Shown in pieces: positions 57,274 through 64,000 of a stretch of 64,000 nt of DNA. Positions within the stretch are counted from its first letter, which is position 1; the number at the start of each line of letters is the position of its first letter. The notes beneath the pieces were generated by a model that was not told where the DNA came from, made no database searches, and saw only the letters and a list, made by a program, of their open reading frames with translations. The translations under genes were made by a program, and so were the position numbers. The stretch is from Eisenbergiella tayi (GTDB lineage: Bacteria; Bacillota; Clostridia; Lachnospirales; Lachnospiraceae): the NCBI RefSeq assembly GCF_001881565.1, contig NZ_MPDJ01000001.1, forward strand, positions 125,966 to 189,965, read 5' to 3'.

Positions 57274-57370
57274 GAAATTGAAACATCCCGTCCCCGCCGC
57301 AGCCCTTGCCTCCCTGCCCTGCTACCCTGGGAGGCAAGGGCGGGCGGCGGGGACGGGATGTTTCAATTTC
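57274..57370. repeat. Stand-alone GC-rich hairpin element: ~43 bp inverted arms with a 15 nt loop
   Basis: gaaattgaaacatcccgtccccgccgc(a)gcccttgcctccc with a loop, then gggaggcaagggc(gg)gcggcggggacgggatgtttcaatttc. Confidence 0.7.
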
Positions 57371-57756
57371 CTTAATATTAGGTAGGGATATGAATGGAGG
57401 AAGGACGGCTCCGGTGGGGAACAGCCTTGTTATTTTATGATCTGTGTATGCTAAGGTTTTATTGGTAAATAAAGAGGGGGCTCTTCATCATTCCCTCAAT
57501 TCCTCGCCAATTTCTGCCGTGTAATGAAATACAGCCAGTCAAAAGAGAAAAGCAGGAAGTGTTCGGAGCTAAACAGGCGGTTTCCTGTCATGGGTAAGCC
57601 GTTCGGCGGTATACTCCTGGCGCACGCCATCCAGGCCCGCATATCGTATCGGCAGAGCGCCGACTTTACATGCAGATATTGACATACTCCCTGATATCTT
57701 AATAAAACGAAAAAAACAGATAAAACACTTGCAGAAATTAATAGTTATGGTAAAAT

Positions 57757-57774
57757 AAACTGAACAGTCAGTTT
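57757..57774. promoter_or_regulatory. Candidate TetR operator AAACTGA-ACAG-TCAGTTT, just upstream of the MFS ribosome-binding site
   Basis: Perfect 7 bp inverted repeat between the -10 region and the Shine-Dalgarno sequence of the MFS-TetR operon. Confidence 0.45.
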
Positions 57775-57802
57775 ATTTTATATATCAGGAGGATATGATA
57801 AT

Positions 57803-59041
57803 ATGCTTATAAACAAAAAATCGAAGTTTCTCTCCGCTGATTCTGTATTCTTTTTCAGCGCATGTATCATTTTGTTTCTTATCAATCAGCTGTATAGTGT
57901 ATTGCAGGTTTCATTGATCATGAAAAGCACCGGTTCCATTTTATTGTTAAGCTCCGTTATGACAGCCATGGTTATCCCCAGGATTTTTATTCTGCCTGTC
58001 AGCGGACTTTTCACAGATAAGCTGGGGATTTTCAAAACACTTATTATCGGAACCGGATTATTAGGCTTACTATTGATTTCCCTCTTTCTTGTGAATCAGG
58101 GCAGCCTTGTGAATGAAAACATCATTTTTATATTTGCCGTTTTGTTCGGAGGGATAAGCGCCGCCATATTGCCGGCGCTCTATTCTGCCATCCCCGTATT
58201 AATGGGCGGGGAGCATCTGCAGAAGGCAAATTCCGTGATGCAGTTCATCAACCAGGGGGCAACCCTGATCGGTCCCCTTTTAGCCGGATTCCTTGTGGAA
58301 AAAACGAGTGATAAAGCGTATCCGATCATGGCTGTCTCCGCCGTCACTGCATTCTTTCTGTTCTGCGGGGTGGGCTGCAGGGAAAACAGACAAGAAAAAG
58401 ACAAGGCTCACGAAAGCGGGACATCCCAACAGGGAGCCTTTAAGGATTTATTGGAACAGCCTATTTTAATATTGTTATTGCTTTTTACAGCGATTCTTAA
58501 TCTGTGCATCATTGGCCCCCAGCAGGTCGGTTTTCCTGTAATCGCCATGAATTGTTTGTCCGAAGGGGTGGACGGGTATACGCGGTTATTGTCTGTGACC
58601 GGCCTGGGAGCATTGATAAGCGCTGTTTTCATCGGAAATATGAAACGGAGGGACAGCACACAGTCCATTCATCTGATCCTATGGTGCGTACTCATACTTG
58701 GAATGATATGGAGCATTTTCAGTTACAGTACTTCCAGGCTGGTGATCATGGTTTCCATATTCACAGCCGGACTGCTTTTGGGAATCATAAACGTATTATT
58801 TCTGACCACAATCCAGCAGCTTACTCCTGCCTTTCTTGTCGGCAGAGTCATGAGCATTCAATTTCTATGCTCCACAGGCCTTCAGCCGGTTTCGTACATG
58901 ATAACCGGAGTACTGCTTGATAAATTCAATATCAATAACCTGTATCTTATCTCCGGCGGCATTATTAGCTTGCTTTCAATCCTGATATTGGTTTATAGTA
59001 AAAAAAACAGGAAATGGATGCGGAGGGTTCCCAGTGCCTAA
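57803..59041 (+). CDS. MFS transporter (putative efflux, DHA-type)
   Basis: 12 TM helices. MFS motif region. AGGAGG ribosome-binding site. Overlaps the downstream TetR gene by 8 nt. Confidence 0.7.
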   Translation: MLINKKSKFLSADSVFFFSACIILFLINQLYSVLQVSLIMKSTGSILLLSSVMTAMVIPRIFILPVSGLFTDKLGIFKTLIIGTGLLGLLLISLFLVNQGSLVNENIIFIFAVLFGGISAAILPALYSAIPVLMGGEHLQKANSVMQFINQGATLIGPLLAGFLVEKTSDKAYPIMAVSAVTAFFLFCGVGCRENRQEKDKAHESGTSQQGAFKDLLEQPILILLLLFTAILNLCIIGPQQVGFPVIAMNCLSEGVDGYTRLLSVTGLGALISAVFIGNMKRRDSTQSIHLILWCVLILGMIWSIFSYSTSRLVIMVSIFTAGLLLGIINVLFLTTIQQLTPAFLVGRVMSIQFLCSTGLQPVSYMITGVLLDKFNINNLYLISGGIISLLSILILVYSKKNRKWMRRVPSA

Positions 59042-59654
59042 AATATCGGATGAAAAAAAGAAACAGCGCCAAACAGATATTTTAAAGACCGCTTTAAAAC
59101 TCTTTTCCCAAAAAGGCTATTATGCCACATCAATAGATGATATCACGAGAGAAGCGGGAATCAGTAAGGGGTTAATATACAACTATTTCAAGAGTAAAGA
59201 GGAGATTTTTTTTGAATTGGCAGAACATTGGAATGAGTTTATGAATAATCCTTCTTTTGAAGATGCCCTGAACCGGGTCATTTACGAAGATATGTCTTTA
59301 TCGGAAAAACTGATCTGTGTCTGGGATGAAACGGTAAACCAATGGACTGCCGAAAATCTGGATTTCGCCGGGATTAAATTTGAATTCTGGCTGGAGTCTT
59401 CCAAAAATGAAGCTCTCAGAGAAAAAATGAAAGAAAAGGCCAAGAACAGCTTAAGCATCGTGGAAGAGATTATTTATAAAACCAAACCGGACATCGAGCC
59501 TGGAATCGCTGCCGCCTTTTCCCGATTGTGGTGGTCACAAATAGACGGATTAGTGGCTTATTTTGTAAGCTATCACATATTACCGCCGCCGGACGAGATG
59601 GCCCAAATCAGAAAAATCATACTGCACCAATGTAAATATCTTGAGCTACAGTAA
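59034..59654 (+). CDS. TetR/AcrR family transcriptional regulator, coupled to the MFS gene
   Basis: HTH ILKTALKLFSQKGYYATSIDDITREAGISKGLIYNYFKSKEEI, paralogous to the TetR at 35176..35769. Confidence 0.85.
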   Translation: MPKISDEKKKQRQTDILKTALKLFSQKGYYATSIDDITREAGISKGLIYNYFKSKEEIFFELAEHWNEFMNNPSFEDALNRVIYEDMSLSEKLICVWDETVNQWTAENLDFAGIKFEFWLESSKNEALREKMKEKAKNSLSIVEEIIYKTKPDIEPGIAAAFSRLWWSQIDGLVAYFVSYHILPPPDEMAQIRKIILHQCKYLELQ

Positions 59655-59666
59655 AAAATGTGGAGG

Positions 59667-59931
59667 CAGATAAAAAATCTGAGAGAGCGGCTCCGTCTGC
59701 CCGGGCTCCTCTCCCGGTTCCTCCGGATGGCCTGCAGCTCGGTAAGGATTCCTGTAAGGGCCGTATAAACACGCCGGTCCTTAGGTTGCGTACTTTGCAA
59801 CCTTAGTACCGCTGCGTGTTTGTCCGAGCGAAAGCGCGCCCTATAAGGAACCTTACCGAGCTGCCGGCCATCCGGAGGAACCGGGAGATGAGCCCGGGCA
59901 GACGGAGCTGCTCACTCAGAATTTTTATCTG
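59667..59931. repeat. Long-hairpin intergenic repeat element, copy C: ~85 bp inverted arms (7 mismatches) with the conserved core carrying compensatory substitutions
   Basis: Arm sequences are unrelated to copies A and B but self-complementary. Core aaacacgccggtccttaggttg...caaccttagtaccgctgcgtgttt keeps pairing through paired changes. Confidence 0.8.
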
Positions 59932-60006
59932 TCATACTCTGATTGTAATCTCGCCCCTGATCCGATACAATAGATACATGACATGGATTCCGGAGGAAGA
60001 TTAAGA

Positions 60007-60768
60007 ATGAAAGAAAAATTATATACCATCCCTTTAAATGACGCCATGAACGCGGAGGATGAATGCCCCTTCTGTTTCATTGAACGGAATGTGGAGCAGG
60101 ATATCATGGATTACGTGCTCGGTTCCTGCGCTTCCTATATGGAAAGCGACACAAGGGAGGCCACGGACAAGGCCGGCTTCTGCCGGATGCATTACAAGAA
60201 AATGTTTGACTACGGCAATACCCTGGGAAACGGCTGGATACTGAAAACCCACTACAAAAAGCTGATTGCGGAAATGAAGGATCAGTTTTCTCATTTTACC
60301 CCGGGAAAAACCTCACTCATGGACAAGCTGAAGGGAAAGCCCTCCGAATCCAACGCTATCGCTTCCTGGGTTGCGGAGAAGGAAAGAACCTGCTATATCT
60401 GTGATTTTTTCACCAAGGAATACGCCCGCTATATGGATACCTTTTTCTATCTGTATAAAAATGATGAGGCTTTCCGCGAAAAACTGAAAAAGAGCAAGGG
60501 CTTCTGCCTCCATCATTTCGGTGACTTATGCAATCAGGCGGACTCCCATCTGAATGACGCGGAGAAGAAGGATTTTTATCCTCTGGTATTCAAATTGATG
60601 GAAGAAAATATGGAACGTGTTTCCGGTGATGTGGACTGGCTTATTGAAAAATTCGATTACCGGAACAAGGATGCCGACTGGAAGACTTCCAAGGACGCGG
60701 TTCAGCGCGGGATGCAGAAGCTGAAGGGCGGGTATCCGGCAGATCCGGTTTATAAAATGAATAAATAG
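60007..60768 (+). CDS. Hypothetical Cys-rich protein with an internal tandem duplication of a CxxC...GFC-x-(M/H)H module (putative metal-binding)
   Basis: Repeat 1 EDECPFCFIE...KAGFCRMHYKKM. Repeat 2 ERTCYICDFF...KSKGFCLHHFGDLC. GGAGGAAG ribosome-binding site (ORF extends to 59983). Confidence 0.55.
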   Translation: MKEKLYTIPLNDAMNAEDECPFCFIERNVEQDIMDYVLGSCASYMESDTREATDKAGFCRMHYKKMFDYGNTLGNGWILKTHYKKLIAEMKDQFSHFTPGKTSLMDKLKGKPSESNAIASWVAEKERTCYICDFFTKEYARYMDTFFYLYKNDEAFREKLKKSKGFCLHHFGDLCNQADSHLNDAEKKDFYPLVFKLMEENMERVSGDVDWLIEKFDYRNKDADWKTSKDAVQRGMQKLKGGYPADPVYKMNK

Positions 60769-60771
60769 AGC

Positions 60772-60833
60772 AAAAAGCCCCGCAGACTGCCTGGCATGGA
60801 TGGATATCCTGCGCGCCTTCTGCGGGGCTTTTT
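60772..60833. terminator. Bidirectional terminator between convergent genes (aaaaagccccgcag...ctgcggggcttttt)
   Basis: 14 bp stem flanked by A5 and T5. Confidence 0.65.
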
Positions 60834-60839
60834 AATGAG

Positions 60840-61823
60840 TTAATCAGGAACGGGGTGTGCCATATTCTTCTGATCCGCTTCCGCAGTTTTCAGAAATTCC
60901 TCAAACGTTAAATCATTTTCGTCAATAAATTCCGCTGCTTCTTTTCCTACATATCTGAAATGCCAGGACTCATACTCAATTCCCGTAATATTTTTCTTTC
61001 CCTTGGGATAACGCAGAATAAAACCATAGCGGGCACAATTTTCGGCAAGCCACATTGCCTCTTTCGTACGCCCCTGACGTTCGTCCAGCATCTGATGGCT
61101 CTTCCCCACAATATCCACAGCCAGTCCGGTATGATGTTCGCTGTAGCTGACAACCGCGTATTGCTCACGGGTTTTATAATAGGCGTCTATGTACGTCAAT
61201 CCCTGATCCATCAGTTCCTCTATCGAACTGCCGAACAAATCAGCCTGTCTCTCATAGCTGCGGTACGCTGAACATACCAGCAAATCCATACCTTCTTCTT
61301 TCGCATCTGAAAGCATTTTTACGAGATCATCCACGATACGGTAGTCTACCTGATGCCCGTCGTCCAATACATCTAACTGAGGCTTAAAAGCGGCCGGCAG
61401 CGGATTCCAGTCGTTTACCAATATGTAATTCCAGTCATCTGTATTTACTTTAAACGGGATTTTTCCGACCCTGTCATTCCAGCCGGAAATCTCCAGGCTG
61501 ATTTTTCTGCCTGCCTCTGAAATTTTCCTTCTGTTTTCCACTGCCTCCGCCTCATACAAAGAGTATGTCCGATGCAGAAGCCCCTGATAATCTTCCATCA
61601 GACGGGAATACTTATAAATCATCCCGCCGAGGCCCAATAAAGGGATTAGGATTAAAAGAACCGTCGTTCCCAAAATTATATGCTTATAAAAAAGTACACT
61701 TCCCCAGTACCTGCTTTTTCCCTTATGCCGATTTCTGTCAGCAGCGACAAGCTTAACAGAAGATTTACCGTATCCTCCCGCTGTTTCCGTACAAAGCTCT
61801 CCGCCCACAGTGGAAAAATCCAT
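60840..61823 (-). CDS. VanY-like D-alanyl-D-alanine carboxypeptidase (peptidase M15B), membrane anchored
   Basis: LVCSAYRSYERQ, EHHTGLAVD and ESWHFRY match the M15B zinc-binding motifs SxYRS...R / EHxxGxAxD / WHxR. N-terminal TM helix. Confidence 0.8.
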   Translation of the reverse strand: MDFSTVGGELCTETAGGYGKSSVKLVAADRNRHKGKSRYWGSVLFYKHIILGTTVLLILIPLLGLGGMIYKYSRLMEDYQGLLHRTYSLYEAEAVENRRKISEAGRKISLEISGWNDRVGKIPFKVNTDDWNYILVNDWNPLPAAFKPQLDVLDDGHQVDYRIVDDLVKMLSDAKEEGMDLLVCSAYRSYERQADLFGSSIEELMDQGLTYIDAYYKTREQYAVVSYSEHHTGLAVDIVGKSHQMLDERQGRTKEAMWLAENCARYGFILRYPKGKKNITGIEYESWHFRYVGKEAAEFIDENDLTFEEFLKTAEADQKNMAHPVPD

Positions 61824-61837
61824 ACCTTTTCCTCCTG

Positions 61838-62527
61838 TTACTCCTCTTTAATTTCTTCAATGCCGCCGATATCGATCATCCCCTTCACGTGTGCCCCATT
61901 GTACATGGAGATGCATTCCGATGAAACATTTCCTTTCACCCTTGCAGACTCGCGGAACTCAACACTTTCCTTTACCATCATATTGCCTTCGCTATGTCCG
62001 TTGAACATCAGCCGTCCTGACGTGATGTCACCCTTAATCCATGAATTATTATCCACTACCATTTCATCGGTCACCTGAATATTGCCGGTGATATTACCCG
62101 ACTGGACACGCATGCTGTCTGCGTAAATATCGCCGATTACCTTACCTGCCAGCAGCAGAGAGCCCTCGCATTTCACATCACCTGAAATCTGCCCAAGAAC
62201 GCGCAGATTTGATTTTGTCCTTACGCTTCCGTCAATTACCATATCCTCCGTAATGATGGATTCATTTTTCAGGGCCGGCACTGTATTTCCTACTGCGGCC
62301 ATATCCGCTCCGGCCTGAACGGGTACCGATGCTTCAACAGTAACTGCCTGTCCTTCTCCGTGCGGTATTCTTTCTTCCTTCATTCCTTCTCCTGCTGCTC
62401 TATCCGGCTCCTCTTTTTTCCCTGATTTTTTTGAGGTCACCTCTGAAATTTTTGCCTTCTGTCCCTCTCCTGAAAAATCAAAACTCAGAATTTCATTAAC
62501 TGCCTTTTTAAAATTGCTTTCCTTCAT
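61838..62527 (-). CDS. Bactofilin-like polymer-forming cytoskeletal protein with a disordered N-terminus
   Basis: C-terminal beta-helical repeats (VIDGSVRTKSNLRVLGQISGDVKCEGSLLLAGKVIGDIYADSMRVQSGNITGNIQV). 14 bp upstream of the VanY-like gene. Confidence 0.6.
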   Translation of the reverse strand: MKESNFKKAVNEILSFDFSGEGQKAKISEVTSKKSGKKEEPDRAAGEGMKEERIPHGEGQAVTVEASVPVQAGADMAAVGNTVPALKNESIITEDMVIDGSVRTKSNLRVLGQISGDVKCEGSLLLAGKVIGDIYADSMRVQSGNITGNIQVTDEMVVDNNSWIKGDITSGRLMFNGHSEGNMMVKESVEFRESARVKGNVSSECISMYNGAHVKGMIDIGGIEEIKEE

Positions 62528-62717
62528 CGTAATACTCCGTTACCTTTCCCTATTGGATTACGTATGAATTATAACAGATATTATTCTCGTTTAGCATATA
62601 TTTATAAAAAGCGACATTGGGGCGACTTTTCGGTGTGAATTTTATGATATACTTGCTGTATAGACGGGTCACAGATATGGAATAACAGATAATATTTATG
62701 TATAAGAGGAATGTAAT

Positions 62718-63392
62718 ATGTATAAGATTCTTTTCGTGGACGATGATGCTGCCCTGCGGAATGTGGTATATCAATACTTTAAAGAACGGCAATATGATAT
62801 CATTTGTACAGCATCAGCGGATAAGGCGGTAAGCTATCTGAAAAGCGCCAGTATTGACTGCGTGATCCTTGATGTTAATCTGCCGGATATGAACGGTTTT
62901 GAGTTATGTACCTCCATCCGGCAGTTTTCCTCCGTACCGATCATATTTTTATCATGCTATACTGAAAATGATGATAAAATCAAAGGCTTTCTGTCCGGCG
63001 CAGACGATTATGTCCCCAAACCATTTTCCCTGAAAGAGCTGGAGCTGCGTGTTAATGTACGAATCCTGCGCCGTTATGAAAACCAGCCGCCGGAGCTGCT
63101 TACATTCGGTGATCTGATCATTGATACAGGCAGGCTCACAGCCATCTGTCACGGAGTTGAATGTACTTTTCCCCGGTTGGAATTCGACATCCTTTCCTTT
63201 TTTGCCCACCATCCCAATCAGTTGTTTACCTACGAACAGCTTTATGACAATATATGGAAACAGCCCATAAATGAAAGCAGGCATAATCTTCAGGCACGCA
63301 TAGGCAAGGTCAGGAAAAAACTCTGTGACATCTGTCCGGAAAAAGAGTATATCCGTACCATACGCCACAAAGGCTACCTGTTTGTCCCCTGA
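62718..63392 (+). CDS. OmpR/PhoB-type response regulator (REC plus winged helix); no histidine kinase adjacent in the window
   Basis: REC domain with DD...D...K residues (ILFVDDD, CVILDVNLPDMNG, KPF). C-terminal winged-helix trans_reg_C. Confidence 0.8.
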   Translation: MYKILFVDDDAALRNVVYQYFKERQYDIICTASADKAVSYLKSASIDCVILDVNLPDMNGFELCTSIRQFSSVPIIFLSCYTENDDKIKGFLSGADDYVPKPFSLKELELRVNVRILRRYENQPPELLTFGDLIIDTGRLTAICHGVECTFPRLEFDILSFFAHHPNQLFTYEQLYDNIWKQPINESRHNLQARIGKVRKKLCDICPEKEYIRTIRHKGYLFVP

Positions 63393-63477
63393 ACCGGAAG
63401 TGATGCCCGGAAGCTTCGGGCAGGATTCTCCTGGCTTTCATGCTGATAAGATATAGGCCTGCTTTACAGGACATAGT

Positions 63478-63951
63478 TTATTTGAATTTACGCACCAGTG
63501 CATTCCCGCAAAATACTGCCGCCAGAATGATGCCTACCGAACCAAAGCCCATAAAAATCTGTTTCCTGCGCTCTTCGGCAACGCCTGTGTCTTCTTCCGT
63601 TATCGCCGCAATCGATTCGGCCGTTTCCTCTGAAGACTCCTGCGTCGGACTGAAGTTTTCCTGACTCTGTCCGGAAGCATTATATTCCTGCGTTTCTTCC
63701 CGTTTTTCTTCATCGGCCGCAAATGATGCGTTCCTGGACTCCTCCTTCCCTTCACCATAAGAAAATACTTCCTTCCGGTATGGATCCGTTTTCTCCTCTT
63801 CCGTTTTCGGTTTCTCTGCTGCGGCTTCCGTCTGCTCTGTTTCCCCTTCCTCATCCGAATAAGGAGTCTCTGTTTCCGGGGATATCCCAACAGTATTCCC
63901 TTCCCCCTCCTTATTTCCTGATACCTTATCCGTTTCCTGCATACCTGACAA
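63478..63951 (-). CDS. Hypothetical acidic low-complexity protein with a C-terminal TM anchor
   Basis: Glu/Thr/Ser-rich disordered region. C-terminal FMGFGSVGIILAAVFCGNALV helix. Ribosome-binding-site-like GGAGGAGG upstream. Confidence 0.35.
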   Translation of the reverse strand: MSGMQETDKVSGNKEGEGNTVGISPETETPYSDEEGETEQTEAAAEKPKTEEEKTDPYRKEVFSYGEGKEESRNASFAADEEKREETQEYNASGQSQENFSPTQESSEETAESIAAITEEDTGVAEERRKQIFMGFGSVGIILAAVFCGNALVRKFK

Positions 63952-64000
63952 TATGGGAGTTCCTCCTCCTCTGCCTCCATGGATGTCACCGATAACCAGA

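Noticed and set aside
59573-60004. Two small ORFs (59573..59800 minus and 59816..60004 plus) encoding near-identical peptides (...AIRRNRE.SPGRRS.SLR.FIC...)
   Set aside because: Mirror-image reading of the two arms of palindromic element C. The similarity of the peptides is a palindrome artefact, not a gene pair. The same applies to the small ORF 35971..36201 inside element B.
1-64000. CRISPR arrays, rRNA genes, complete tRNA genes, integrases and transposases
   Set aside because: None found. The only repeats are the hairpin elements, the short 27 nt direct repeat and operator-like motifs. There are no regularly spaced direct repeats with unique spacers.

Overview
This 64 kb window reads as a saccharolytic Firmicutes (Lachnospiraceae-like) chromosomal segment at about 50% GC, with genes mostly on the minus strand. 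The first 117 bp exactly duplicate 6414..6530 and are joined to the rest through back-to-back Tn5/Nextera mosaic ends (~124..161), so the contig start is a library or assembly chimera, not biology.

Coding content in order:
- A galactoside locus: AraC, LacI, GH35 beta-galactosidase and an LplABC-type ABC importer.
- A GH88 unsaturated glucuronyl hydrolase.
- A CPBP intramembrane protease and a proline-rich lipoprotein whose start codon is separated from its frame by an A8 tract.
- gltBD, encoding glutamate synthase.
- A cytoplasmic SPFH-domain protein.
- An RNA-repair/toxin cluster: rtcB with a downstream tRNA-like T-arm fragment, a low-GC degenerate 2H-phosphoesterase-like gene, a HipA-like kinase with no HipB, and an Rpn-family PD-(D/E)XK nuclease.
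- A melibiose-type locus: AraC, melA (GH4), a melB-like GPH symporter and a GH2 glycosidase.
- Two paralogous P2-type Ca/Mg ATPases. One is coupled to a TetR gene; the other is divergent from a PadR-DUF1700-DUF4097 envelope module.
- A mannoside locus: GH2 beta-mannosidase, an unassigned glycosidase-like protein, a membrane-anchored AraC sensor regulator and a second ABC importer.
- codB-codA plus an NCS2 uracil permease.
- An MFS-TetR operon.
- A Cys-rich tandem-repeat protein.
- A bactofilin-like protein with a VanY-like M15 peptidase.
- An apparently orphan OmpR-type response regulator.

The most unusual signal is a family of intergenic, GC-rich long-hairpin repeat elements at about 10459..10735, 35863..36167 and 59667..59931, with a related smaller one at 57274..57370. 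Each has 85 to 99 bp self-complementary arms, perfect in one copy, around a conserved ~60 nt asymmetric apical hairpin that shows compensatory base changes between copies. No transposase, reverse transcriptase or integrase lies nearby, and I cannot assign it to a known repeat or RNA class.

Other points: a bidirectional terminator whose stems encode the shared C-terminal NGRKNGK of two convergent genes, candidate TetR, CodY-like and AraC/XRE operator repeats, and several ATGA-coupled gene pairs.

No rRNA, complete tRNA or CRISPR array was found. Hairpin and motif coordinates were indexed by hand and are good to about +/-2 nt.
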